Of a DNA stretch of 64,000 nt, positions 31,497-40,434 are shown in pieces. Made by a program: the position numbers and the translations under genes. Source of the DNA: an uncultured Ruficoccus sp. (GTDB lineage: Bacteria > Verrucomicrobiota > Verrucomicrobiia > Opitutales > Cerasicoccaceae); assembly GCA_965140785.1 (NCBI GenBank), contig OZ223475.1, forward strand, positions 192,001 through 256,000, given 5' to 3'. The notes under the pieces are model-generated. The model saw only the letters and a program-made list of their open reading frames with translations. It ran no database searches and was not told where the DNA came from. Position 1 is the stretch's first letter. Each line of letters starts with the position of its first letter.

Positions 31497-32720
31497 ATGA
31501 CAGCCCCGCTGAAACCCGTTAGCGTTATCTTGATCGGCATTGGTGGTTACGGAGTCCGTTATCTGGAAGAAATGCAGAAGCTTGAAGCCGATGGCAAAGC
31601 GTTCATTCTCGCCATCATAGATCCTTTTGCTGAAAACAGCCCTAACTGGCCGAAACTGAACGCGAAAGGCGTGCGCCGATTCGATCACATCGAGGCGTGC
31701 ATTGAAGCCGGCTACATCGCGGATCTAGCCGCAATCGTCTCTCCCATCGCCTTCCACGCCGACCAAGCCTGCGCGGCTTTGAGCGCTGGCATGAATGTCC
31801 TGTGCGAGAAGCCAATTTGCGCGACCACTTTTGACGCACAACGAATGGTCGACGCCCGTGACCGATCTGGTAAGTTCCTTGAAATCGGTTTTCAATGGTC
31901 TTTTAGCCAGGTGATTCAATCCCTTAAATCGGATGCCTTAATGGGCGACTTTGGCACGCCGAAGTGCTTTACGACCTGCGTCGCCTGGCCCAGAGGCGAG
32001 GCTTACTATAGTCGAAACGATTGGGCCGGCTGTATCGTCGACCGCAGTGGTCGGATCGTTTACGACAGCCCCGCCAATAATGCGAATGCGCACTACCTGC
32101 ACAACATGCTCTTTGTCGCGGGCCCTTCCAAAGAGCTTTCGGCCCACCCTACGATGATTGATGCGGAGTGCTATCGTGCCAATCCAATTGAAAATTTCGA
32201 CACCGCGTGTTGTAGGATTCAAACACAGGAAGGGATCGAACTGATGTTTTTCACAACACATTGCGTGGATTCGTCAATCGGGCCGAAATTTTCCTTTGTT
32301 TTTGAAAACGCGGTTATTGAAATGGCCAACGACAGCATCGTGGCACGATTTTCCGACAATTCACTAAGGAACTACGGCACCCCCGATATCGACCTAATGT
32401 TCAAGTTGAGATATTCCGTGGAACGTTGTCGTAAGCCAGCGTCTTACTCTACCATTTGCGGCGCGGAGGCCGCCGTGTCCCATACAGCCTGTATCGAAGG
32501 AATGCAGTCTGTTCAAATAAACACGTTTCCCGAAGAAATGATCGCTTACAGCAACGCTGACCCAAATAATCGGGTGACCTACGTTCCCACATTGGCCGAC
32601 GCAATTAATGAGGGCTATCGGCAACGAAGCCTGTTTTCGGAATTGGGCCTACCCTGGGCGGCCCGGGCCCATCACGTGGAGATCCCAGTGGTGCCAACCG
32701 GATATTCTCATCAGGCTTGA
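31497..32720 (+). CDS. Gfo/Idh/MocA oxidoreductase (paralog of 58303-59514)
   Basis: LIGIGGYG, VLCEKP, GFQW and DSPANNANAHY motifs. Confidence 0.85.
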   Translation: MTAPLKPVSVILIGIGGYGVRYLEEMQKLEADGKAFILAIIDPFAENSPNWPKLNAKGVRRFDHIEACIEAGYIADLAAIVSPIAFHADQACAALSAGMNVLCEKPICATTFDAQRMVDARDRSGKFLEIGFQWSFSQVIQSLKSDALMGDFGTPKCFTTCVAWPRGEAYYSRNDWAGCIVDRSGRIVYDSPANNANAHYLHNMLFVAGPSKELSAHPTMIDAECYRANPIENFDTACCRIQTQEGIELMFFTTHCVDSSIGPKFSFVFENAVIEMANDSIVARFSDNSLRNYGTPDIDLMFKLRYSVERCRKPASYSTICGAEAAVSHTACIEGMQSVQINTFPEEMIAYSNADPNNRVTYVPTLADAINEGYRQRSLFSELGLPWAARAHHVEIPVVPTGYSHQA

Positions 32721-32747
32721 TGCCTGTAGGCGCAGAATCGCATTCGC

Positions 32748-32761
32748 TTTAACGGGTTAAA
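32748..32761. promoter_or_regulatory. Putative operator
   Basis: TTTAACGGGTTAAA palindrome about 50 bp upstream of the prepilin mini-ORF. Confidence 0.55.
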
Positions 32762-32809
32762 ATGCGGTTTGATTGAATCATCCGAATAGGCGAAGTTAAA
32801 TCATGCTCC

Positions 32810-32959
32810 ATGAATACCTCCCACGCCCTTATTGTTCGTTACGTCAAATCCAGAGGCTTCACCCTAGTTGAACTACTGGCGTGCGTTGCGATCAGTGGCA
32901 TCTTGATTTTTGATGGACATGTGGAAGCATTTGGCCGCGAAGAAACGGGCCGTCAGTAA
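32810..32959 (+). pseudogene. 49-aa collapsed prepilin / H-X9-DG protein (not in the ORF track)
   Basis: MNTSHALIVRYVKSRGFTLVELLACVAISGILIFDGHVEAFGREETGRQ: the N-methylation motif GFTLVELL is fused directly to the C-terminal FDGHVE. Confidence 0.75.
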
Positions 32960-32980
32960 TCACTCAACCAAGCATTAGGA

Positions 32981-34891
32981 ATGCGCTTAATTACTTTTTG
33001 CCTGCTCGCACTGCTGGCTCACCCAATCGTCGCGGAAACGTGGTATGTTGACAATAGTACCGGTCAGGATGATTACACAGGTGTTGCACGGAACAAAGCC
33101 TTCGCCACGATTCAGCGAGCGGTGGATTCCGCACAACCCGGGGACACAATCCTGGTTGCGCCAGGGGTTTATCATGAGTTTGTTAAATGGAACCAATCCG
33201 GCTCTGCGGATGCCCCCATTACCCTGCGGGCCGAGTCGAGTGGTTGCTACGAAACCGTTTTGACCGGCGCAGACGAGTCGATACGTAATCAGCAAGTGAG
33301 TTGGGACTTGGTCGATAGCGACCTGGGTCTATACCGGGTGCCGTTCAAGTATCGTCCGGTTCGCGTCCTCGCTGACCGCGTTGACCTGCTTGCCTATCCG
33401 AACCTTGCGGATCTCAAGGCGCTACGATTCGTGGAAGATGACTATCCAGGGGTCGGTCATGGCTTTGCCTGGGACTCTGATACACAATCGCTGTACATCC
33501 GCCTTTACGCCGATGGCCGGTATGGCTCAAGTGATCCGAATGACCATGTTATCGCGGCAGCACCGCCTACGCCTGGTGGGCGATGGGGGCAGATACTGAA
33601 CCGCGATGACCACTTCCTCATCTCGATTTCGAATGACAAACCCGCCCATATCGTGATTGATGGCTTCACATTTGAAACGCCCGGATTCGCAGGAGTCGAC
33701 GCTTCAGCTGGTGAGGTTACCGTGCGCAACTCTTGGTTTTTCGGTTGCCGCTATGCAGTGGCAGGTGCCATGGATGGCTCGACCCCTAACGTCATCGTCG
33801 AGAATTGTTTCTACACCCAGTTTCCTGCCTTCACCGACTGCGCTGAAGTCATCTTCAAAGAAGCCAGCCAGCAGCGAGAAAAATCTGAATGGTGGCAGAA
33901 AATCATGCATTGGCAGCGAAAAGGGGGCTTCCCGCCAGGCACTCGCGGCATTGGATCGCCTTATGCTTACGAAACCGGATTGGTAAGCCGGATAGGAGAA
34001 AATTGGACTATTCAACGGAATTGGCTATGGGAAACTTTTGAAGGGTTTTCCGCTGGATCAGTCACGCAAAGCAAAGACTCACGCATCATTAATAACCGTA
34101 TTGAACGCGTTTGCGACAATGCCGTTGAATCGGAAAACCATGCGCAGAACCTTATTGTAGCCGGAAATCTGATTATCGATGCTTTCGAGCCGTTTTCTTG
34201 GCAGCCCTTGAACGGAAGCCCCCTGCCGGGACCCATCTATGTGTATGACAACATCGTGCTGCAAACGCCGGAAGCAACACGAATGTGGGAAACAACCGGC
34301 AATACGGGGGGGGCGGTCAAACTCGGCTGCAAGGACGATCGGAATTGGCAGAACGGTAAGATGGGAGACCTGCCTCGCGACGTCACCACTGCACCCGGAG
34401 GTTTCTGGTTTGCTCACAACACGATACTGGTTCCTCAGGGTAGATTGATTACCTCGCTCAATTCGCCAGGGCGGCGATACGAAGGCTTTTACCTGCTGAA
34501 CAATCTGGTCGCAACCAAGCAAGTTACGCAGGAATCCGCATTCGAGGAGATCGAGAGCATTTCCTTCCTCCATAATGCAGTTTGGTTTGCTGAAGAGACA
34601 ACAGACCGAGCGGAAGTCGCCGCCGGTGAAGGCGGCTGGGATTCGTCCACTCTGGCGCCACTCGCGATCGCCTGGTATGCGCTGGGCGCTAACGTTACCC
34701 AGTCCAATGAGCAGCCGCTGGACATCGGTCTGACCGATCGAAAGCTTTCAGCACCCGGTGCCGTTGCGACAACTGTTCCCGGAGAAATCCCACTTAGACG
34801 CACGGTTGGCGCACAGGCCTTTACGGGACCGGTTGGCCCCGAGGGTGCGCCCGAGCCCGAGTCGATTCTTTCAACAATCATCGTACCATGA
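32981..34891 (+). CDS. Secreted right-handed beta-helix (DUF1565/pectin-lyase-fold) protein
   Basis: Signal peptide; TWYVD...AFATIQRAVDSAQPGDTILVAPGVY; Asn-ladder repeats; GPIYVYDN. Confidence 0.75.
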   Translation: MRLITFCLLALLAHPIVAETWYVDNSTGQDDYTGVARNKAFATIQRAVDSAQPGDTILVAPGVYHEFVKWNQSGSADAPITLRAESSGCYETVLTGADESIRNQQVSWDLVDSDLGLYRVPFKYRPVRVLADRVDLLAYPNLADLKALRFVEDDYPGVGHGFAWDSDTQSLYIRLYADGRYGSSDPNDHVIAAAPPTPGGRWGQILNRDDHFLISISNDKPAHIVIDGFTFETPGFAGVDASAGEVTVRNSWFFGCRYAVAGAMDGSTPNVIVENCFYTQFPAFTDCAEVIFKEASQQREKSEWWQKIMHWQRKGGFPPGTRGIGSPYAYETGLVSRIGENWTIQRNWLWETFEGFSAGSVTQSKDSRIINNRIERVCDNAVESENHAQNLIVAGNLIIDAFEPFSWQPLNGSPLPGPIYVYDNIVLQTPEATRMWETTGNTGGAVKLGCKDDRNWQNGKMGDLPRDVTTAPGGFWFAHNTILVPQGRLITSLNSPGRRYEGFYLLNNLVATKQVTQESAFEEIESISFLHNAVWFAEETTDRAEVAAGEGGWDSSTLAPLAIAWYALGANVTQSNEQPLDIGLTDRKLSAPGAVATTVPGEIPLRRTVGAQAFTGPVGPEGAPEPESILSTIIVP

Positions 34892-35655
34892 AGAAATCCC
34901 TCCTCATCACCTTCGTTGGATTCGCTTGCGCCTCTGCGGCGACCGCTGACCTTATTTGGTCGGCTGACTTCGAGTCCTATAATACCAAGCACGAGCCCGC
35001 ACCCTTGATCATCAATTCGTCCGGGAAAGACGACACGTTTACCGCGGTCTTACCTAATTCGCGAATGAAGGTAGGCGCATGTGAAGTTCGCTCTGATGGC
35101 TCGCCTTCATTCATGGATGGAAATGCGTTGTACCTTGAAGGCGATGTCATAGAGACGGGAAACGCTTCCCTCCGCATCCGGCAAAACAAGATGGATACGA
35201 TTAGCGGCGCCGGTGCGATTGTTATCAGCTTCGATGTTTATTGTCCCCATAAACCAGTATACAGCCTGATAGCTGAAGTGAACACCAACCAGGATGGCCG
35301 CACCGGGAGCATGCTCTATTCTCCCCAACCCAAGTCTGAGACGATAAGGGCCACCATCATAATCAATTGTACGTCAAATAGCCTGACCTTGCCGGGGGAT
35401 TTGGGGAGCCTGAACACGAATTCCTGCGCATTATATTTCTACGATGGAGTATCTTACAGCGGTCTGAAAATTTCAGATGGGGACGTTACCAGCTACGAGA
35501 TTTCGGGCTTTAGCGTCGGCCTGAGTCGCAGCAATTTTGAGAAGAACGACGTAGCCGAATTGTGGATTGATAATGTTGGCGTGTGGAATTCAATCGATGA
35601 CAGCATTTCGGGAACTTCCGTGCTAGAGCTTAAACCAGGCGTCGTCGTCAAGTAG
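34888..35655 (+). CDS. Secreted paralog of the PEP-CTERM protein at 27022, lacking the sorting signal
   Basis: Shares IWxADFESYNT, DDTF, PNSRM, GNAxYLEG, SRSNF and GTSVLELxPG with 27022-27876, but ends PGVVVK-stop. Confidence 0.8.
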   Translation: MKKSLLITFVGFACASAATADLIWSADFESYNTKHEPAPLIINSSGKDDTFTAVLPNSRMKVGACEVRSDGSPSFMDGNALYLEGDVIETGNASLRIRQNKMDTISGAGAIVISFDVYCPHKPVYSLIAEVNTNQDGRTGSMLYSPQPKSETIRATIIINCTSNSLTLPGDLGSLNTNSCALYFYDGVSYSGLKISDGDVTSYEISGFSVGLSRSNFEKNDVAELWIDNVGVWNSIDDSISGTSVLELKPGVVVK

Positions 35656-35675
35656 TAAGTTTATCTCGTTGAGGA

Positions 35676-35689
35676 TTTAACGTGTCAAC
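35676..35689. promoter_or_regulatory. Putative operator
   Basis: TTTAACGTGTCAAC about 45 bp upstream of the intact prepilin-like gene. Confidence 0.45.
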
Positions 35690-35735
35690 TTTTGCCTAGC
35701 TTGTTATTTTAGAGATCATACATCATCCTGATCGC

Positions 35736-36401
35736 ATGTTACCCCCAACGAAATCGCTTGTTAGGCCCTCGGCTTTCCGTGCCGCATTCAGCTTGATCGA
35801 ACTGTTGGCGGTTTTGGCCGTGATCGGTGTTCTCGCCGCGATCCTTCTGCCCGTATTTTCACGGATCAAGGGGGACAGTCTGGGTATGTTAGCCACGGCC
35901 CAGATGCGCCAAATCAGCCAGGCCGTTTTTCTTTACGCGACTGAACATGACAACAACCTGCCCGGCCCGATGTACTCCGGTCAGGGCTTCCGCTTCAAGG
36001 ACGGACGCCCCCAGTTTCTGTTTTCGTCCATCGGGGTTTATTTGGACCAGAAAAAACCGACCTGGCGGTGGGAAGTCGCCGACCCGAGCTTCATGACCGC
36101 CCCGCAGCGCGATTTCTTTGAACAAGAGGGTGAAGATGCCACCTTCTACAGCATTAAGTCAGGCGGTGACGTCGTTCCCTTTGGTTATACGGTTTCCGGC
36201 GCTATGCCGATGAAACTCAATGCGATCGAAGACCCGGGTAAGGTGTTCATGCTCAGAGAGGTGGACCAGCAGGCAGCCTGGGTCTATTCCAGCTGGTCTT
36301 CCCGGACGCCACCTGAACCCCTGCACGGCAACTTTCGTCACATTTCTTACTTCGACGGCAGTGTAGAGGCACTGCCCCGATCCGACACCGATCAGCCCTG
36401 A
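35736..36401 (+). CDS. Prepilin-type N-terminal cleavage/methylation protein with H-X9-DG motif
   Basis: AFSLIELLAVLAVIGVLAAILLP at the N-terminus; HGNFRHISYFDG (H-X9-DG) at the C-terminus. Confidence 0.9.
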   Translation: MLPPTKSLVRPSAFRAAFSLIELLAVLAVIGVLAAILLPVFSRIKGDSLGMLATAQMRQISQAVFLYATEHDNNLPGPMYSGQGFRFKDGRPQFLFSSIGVYLDQKKPTWRWEVADPSFMTAPQRDFFEQEGEDATFYSIKSGGDVVPFGYTVSGAMPMKLNAIEDPGKVFMLREVDQQAAWVYSSWSSRTPPEPLHGNFRHISYFDGSVEALPRSDTDQP

Positions 36402-36424
36402 AGGCGGTCTTGTCCTTTACCTCC

Positions 36425-36812
36425 ATGATGAAGCTATTCTTCTTGGCCTTCCTGTGCCTGCTTACCGACTGTGAGGCGACCGTGACGACTTGGTACGTAA
36501 ATGGCAAAGGGTCTGCTGAGGCCAGCAGTCAAAGGCCCGGAGAGGCCTTCGCGACTATTCAGCGCGCTGTTGACATGGCCCAACAGGGTTACTCCGTTTT
36601 TCATCGCTCACGGTACCGCGGACAAGACCATTCCGGTCGAGCGCTCCCGCCTGCTGGTGGAGTCCTTGAAAGACTTGGGAATCAAGTATGTTTACATCGA
36701 GGTGGAGGATGGTCCGCATTCCTTCAACCTGACGCCCGCCGGCCAGGATCTGCGGCCAGCGCTGCTGGATTTCCTGAAGGAGAACCTTGGCGAGCCACAT
36801 CAAAAATCCTAG
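36425..36812 (+). pseudogene. Chimeric remnant: beta-helix protein N-terminus joined to alpha/beta-hydrolase C-terminus
   Basis: Signal + TWYVN...AFATIQRAVDMAQQG, then in another frame from ~36588 FFIAHGTADKTIP...GPHSF (esterase Asp/His region). Confidence 0.7.
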
Positions 36813-36857
36813 TCAAAAAAACGCTCATTCTCGTATCAATCCCTATACTGACGCCCC

Positions 36858-37781
36858 ATGAAAAGCCGATTCCTGCCTCCCTGTTTTATCGCTATCATTA
36901 GCTTGTCGTTTTGTTCTGTCTTTGCCACCCCTGGATGGGCGCAGGACATTTCAACGGGCTTTGAAGACGGTAGCCTGTCTCCGTTCGGACTGGAGAGCCT
37001 TCCGGGAAACGTTTCCGAAGTTGTCACGCCGACGGGTTTCTCCGCGCGCGCCGGTAATAAGGTCAACCGCATCGTCTGGTACGCGGACAATTACGAGGGC
37101 GCACGCACGGGGCGGAGCGTCGAGGGCCAATCCTACAAACTCGACCGCATCACGAGCGAAGGTTGGTACGGCTTCAGCTTTTACGCCCCAGAATCCTTTC
37201 CCGTTCCGGACAAACGGATGGTGCTGGCGCAGATTATTGCCTGGGATCCCAGCTTACCCAATACGAACATTACCATCACGGTCGGCGTGAATGCGCTCGG
37301 TGCCCTCATCCTTGAAGGGGCGTATGGCGTGGGCGACGGTGCCAAAGATGTCAGCGTGTACACCCCGATTGCGCCCGTGTTGACCAAAAACACTTGGCAC
37401 GACGTGATCCTGTACTGCAACTTTTCGCGTGACAACACCGGTATCCTGCAAGCCTGGTATGACGGCGCTCCCGAGTCGTCCCCGACCATTTCGGCCACGG
37501 GTATCAACCTTGGCAATGGCGCGTGGACGGACGACAACACACTGACGACCGGGGGCTACATCAAATGGGGCCCCTACTGCTATGACAGTGCCAACTATGT
37601 GCCGGGCGAAAGCCGCGAGATTTACTACGATGAAATTTCGTACCTCGTGGGTAATCCCGAAGGGGCGTTCGACCTGGTCAAGGCAGAGGGCTACGGCACG
37701 ATCCCGGAGGGAAGCTCGACGCCTTTGATTCTTGCGCTCGCGGCTTTGCTGGTGGCTGTTTTGCCTCGGAGGGGTAAATAG
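36858..37781 (+). CDS. Polysaccharide-lyase-like (heparin lyase I / jelly-roll) protein with variant PEP-CTERM tail
   Basis: Signal peptide; WYGFS, LAQI, WHDVI and YIKWGPY motifs; C-terminal IPEGSSTPLILALAALLVAVLPRRGK. Confidence 0.65.
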   Translation: MKSRFLPPCFIAIISLSFCSVFATPGWAQDISTGFEDGSLSPFGLESLPGNVSEVVTPTGFSARAGNKVNRIVWYADNYEGARTGRSVEGQSYKLDRITSEGWYGFSFYAPESFPVPDKRMVLAQIIAWDPSLPNTNITITVGVNALGALILEGAYGVGDGAKDVSVYTPIAPVLTKNTWHDVILYCNFSRDNTGILQAWYDGAPESSPTISATGINLGNGAWTDDNTLTTGGYIKWGPYCYDSANYVPGESREIYYDEISYLVGNPEGAFDLVKAEGYGTIPEGSSTPLILALAALLVAVLPRRGK

Positions 37782-37932
37782 CTCTGTGTGGGGCGCAAGC
37801 TTTCGATGAAGATCGCGACGCTCGTGACTCTGGAGACGATCTACCGCTGGCATCGTCAATTCGTCACGATGGCGTATGCCCCGAAGGGCTGGGATCATTC
37901 CGTTGTCCATGCTCGGCGGGCCGAGCGCAATG
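37782..37932 (+). mobile_element. Fragment 1 of an integrase-core-domain IS element
   Basis: Closely similar to ~44905-45053 (KIATLVTxETIYRWHRQFV...HARRAERNA). Confidence 0.75.
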
Positions 37933-38054
37933 CGCGTCAATGCGACTGCACGTAACGCAAGGATTTAAGTACGCCTTAACTCGAAAATTGATGAAGTTTG
38001 TTTATTGAAAATCAGCGACTTCGGGGTGGCTGTTCGCGTTTCGATACCTCTAGG
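37930..38054 (+). repeat. ~125-bp direct repeat, copy 1
   Basis: Shares ATGCGCGTCAATGCGACTGC (20/20), CTTAACTCG, TCAGCGACTT and ACCTCyAGG in register with 44413-44539. Confidence 0.75.
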
Positions 38055-38117
38055 TGTGATCAAACAAGACCCCGGTGCGTGCGTGTTTCAAAGCAGATTT
38101 TTTCTAAATAAACTTGC

Positions 38118-38142
38118 AATGTATATTAATTTTATAAACATT
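38118..38142. promoter_or_regulatory. Putative Rrf2 autoregulatory operator
   Basis: AT-rich imperfect inverted repeat AATGTATATTAA-T-TTTATAAACATT just upstream of rrf2, overlapping a TTGCAA -35-like hexamer. Confidence 0.4.
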
Positions 38143-38158
38143 AAAAAAATCGTCACTC

Positions 38159-38731
38159 ATGAACTTAACCCGAAAAGGCGAATACGCACTGCGCTCCTTG
38201 ATCAAGCTGGGCATTGCCCACGAGATGGGGAAGCCTCACCTGTCTGTCTCCGAGCTGGCAGAGAGCGAGAAGCTGCCGCTCAAGTTTCTTGAGCAGGTGC
38301 TTTTTCAGTTGCGGGGTGCGGGCTATATCGAAACCAAGCGGGGGAAGTTCGGGGGTTACTTTTTGGCCCGTCCCATGGCCGAGGTTCGCATTGGCGACAT
38401 TGTGCGGCTGATCGACGGCAAGCTCGCCCCGATCGCGTGCGCCAGTATGACCGCCTATGAGAAGTGTTCTTGCCCGGACGAGACGCACTGTGGCCTGCGC
38501 ATGCTCATGGTCGACGTACGCAATGCTATCGCCAACATCCTCGATCGCTACACGCTGGCGGACGTGGTCGAGGTAACCATGCGCAAGCTTCGCCGCGACG
38601 GCGTGGCCTTACCCTTTGAAAAAGCCGACGGTAAGTCCGTGGCGGTCGAGCTGCCCGAGGGGTTCAACCCTGTCGATCCGCGTGACGGTCTCATCGCCGA
38701 ACTGGCCAGTAAAAAAGGAGGTAAGCCATGA
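38159..38731 (+). CDS. Rrf2-family transcriptional regulator (Cys-rich)
   Basis: GEYALR, KFLEQVL, RGKFGGYFLAR and C..C.C...C motifs. Confidence 0.9.
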   Translation: MNLTRKGEYALRSLIKLGIAHEMGKPHLSVSELAESEKLPLKFLEQVLFQLRGAGYIETKRGKFGGYFLARPMAEVRIGDIVRLIDGKLAPIACASMTAYEKCSCPDETHCGLRMLMVDVRNAIANILDRYTLADVVEVTMRKLRRDGVALPFEKADGKSVAVELPEGFNPVDPRDGLIAELASKKGGKP

Positions 38732-38916
38732 ACCATACAGCCGCCACGCCCTCAGAGCCGCTCTTGCCCTGGCAGTGCCTGGTCCGGGAAAAAGTCTCCG
38801 AGCTGCGCTTCGGGGTTGTCCAGATCGTCGTGCACAACGGCCGGGTAACCCAGGTCGAGTGCACGGAAAAGACGCGCTTCGATGACTCCGTCGAGCGCGC
38901 TGCCTCCTCTCGCTAG
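38728..38916 (+). CDS. YezD/DUF2292 small protein
   Basis: LRFGVVQIVVHNGRVTQVECTEKTR; this family is typical of sulfur-uptake operons. Confidence 0.8.
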   Translation: MNHTAATPSEPLLPWQCLVREKVSELRFGVVQIVVHNGRVTQVECTEKTRFDDSVERAASSR

Positions 38917-39031
38917 ATTTTAATGGCTACCCGTACACACGGGAGCCTTCACCCACGATTCCATAACATGCACACGCATACGCGGCTGACCGGACAACCG
39001 GACGTTTCGTTCCTGAACGGAAAGAAACATC

Positions 39032-40393
39032 ATGCCATCGCTGAGAGTACTCTCGCGGATCAGCGCGTTCTCCCTGCTGGCGCTTTTGTCGCCAACGCTG
39101 GGCGCCCAGCCATCCTCTGAATCTGAAATCGCGGAACTGCGTCGCCAATTGGCTGCGCTTTCCACTCGCTTAGCTGAGTTGGAGTCCCAGCAGGCCGTGA
39201 CGGCCAAGGCCGCCGAAAAGGCGGTCAACTCGACGGAGAACACGCCCAAAGTCACCCTTGGCTCGAAGGGGCTTCAAGTCGTCTCCCCGGGCGGCGATTA
39301 TTCGCTGCGGTTGGACGGACTCATCCAGATCGACAACCGCTCGTACTTCGGCGACCCGCAGGATACGAACACCTTTCTTGTGCGCCGCCTGCGCCCCTCG
39401 CTGCGGGGCACACTGTTCCATGACTTCGACTTTCGCGGACAGGTGGACTTTGCCGGTTCATCGGTCAGCCTGCTTGATGCCTGGCTGCGCTATACCTACT
39501 CGCCGGCGCTGCGGGTGCGTGTGGGAAAAATGAAGACCCCGATCGGGTTGGAGCGGCTACAGTCACCCGCGAATCTTTTTCTGCCCGAGCGCGGTTTGGC
39601 CAGTAACCTCACTCCGACGCGCGACATCGGCGCGGAGCTGTCGGGCAAGCTTTTCGACCGTGTGTTGGAGTATCAGGTCGGTGTCTTCAATGGCGCGGGT
39701 AATAACCAGAACCCGAACAACGACTTTAACTCTCCGAAAACCGTTTCGGCGAGAGCCTACGTTACGCCCTTTGCTGCCGATAACGATTCGTTCCTCTCCG
39801 GCCTGGGCTTCGGGCTGGCAGGCAGCTACGGTGACGAGAGTGATCAGGCGCCCCCCACCCAGAAAACGCCTGGGCAGGAAGTCTTTTTCCAGTATAATTC
39901 CGGTGTTTCCGCGACTGGCGAACACACCCGGATCAACCCGCAGGTCGGTCTCTTTTATGAGCGCTTCGGGCTCATCGCCGAGGCCATTTACGACCGGCAG
40001 GCCTTTGCTCGGGGAGGGGAGGAGCGGACTGTTTGCAGTTGGGGCTGGACCGTCTCGCCGTCCTATGTGCTGAGTGGCGGGACCAATACCTACAAGGGCG
40101 TCATCGTGGATAAGGGGGCGAGCCTTCACGAGGGTGGTATCGGTGCCTGGATGCTGGCGGCTCGTAGCTCCGGGATGCTGATTGGAGACGAGGTCTACGC
40201 CGGGAGCGCTGCCACGCAGTTGGCCAACCCCGCCACAACCGCTCGCACGGCCATTGATTGGGGGCTGAGTCTGAACTGGTACCCGAACCAGAACGTTAAA
40301 GTCATGCTCGACTACGACAATACCAACTTTTCTGACGGCGGCTATGGCCCTACCCAGCACGTCCTCATCACCCGGCTCCAATTCGCCTTTTAA
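39032..40393 (+). CDS. OprO/OprP-type anion-selective porin
   Basis: Signal peptide plus coiled coil; RRLR, GLERLQS and LNWYPN motifs; terminal Phe. Confidence 0.85.
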   Translation: MPSLRVLSRISAFSLLALLSPTLGAQPSSESEIAELRRQLAALSTRLAELESQQAVTAKAAEKAVNSTENTPKVTLGSKGLQVVSPGGDYSLRLDGLIQIDNRSYFGDPQDTNTFLVRRLRPSLRGTLFHDFDFRGQVDFAGSSVSLLDAWLRYTYSPALRVRVGKMKTPIGLERLQSPANLFLPERGLASNLTPTRDIGAELSGKLFDRVLEYQVGVFNGAGNNQNPNNDFNSPKTVSARAYVTPFAADNDSFLSGLGFGLAGSYGDESDQAPPTQKTPGQEVFFQYNSGVSATGEHTRINPQVGLFYERFGLIAEAIYDRQAFARGGEERTVCSWGWTVSPSYVLSGGTNTYKGVIVDKGASLHEGGIGAWMLAARSSGMLIGDEVYAGSAATQLANPATTARTAIDWGLSLNWYPNQNVKVMLDYDNTNFSDGGYGPTQHVLITRLQFAF

Positions 40394-40434
40394 AAAACTG
40401 CTCACGTATCCAAAAAAAATGACAGGCATCCACC

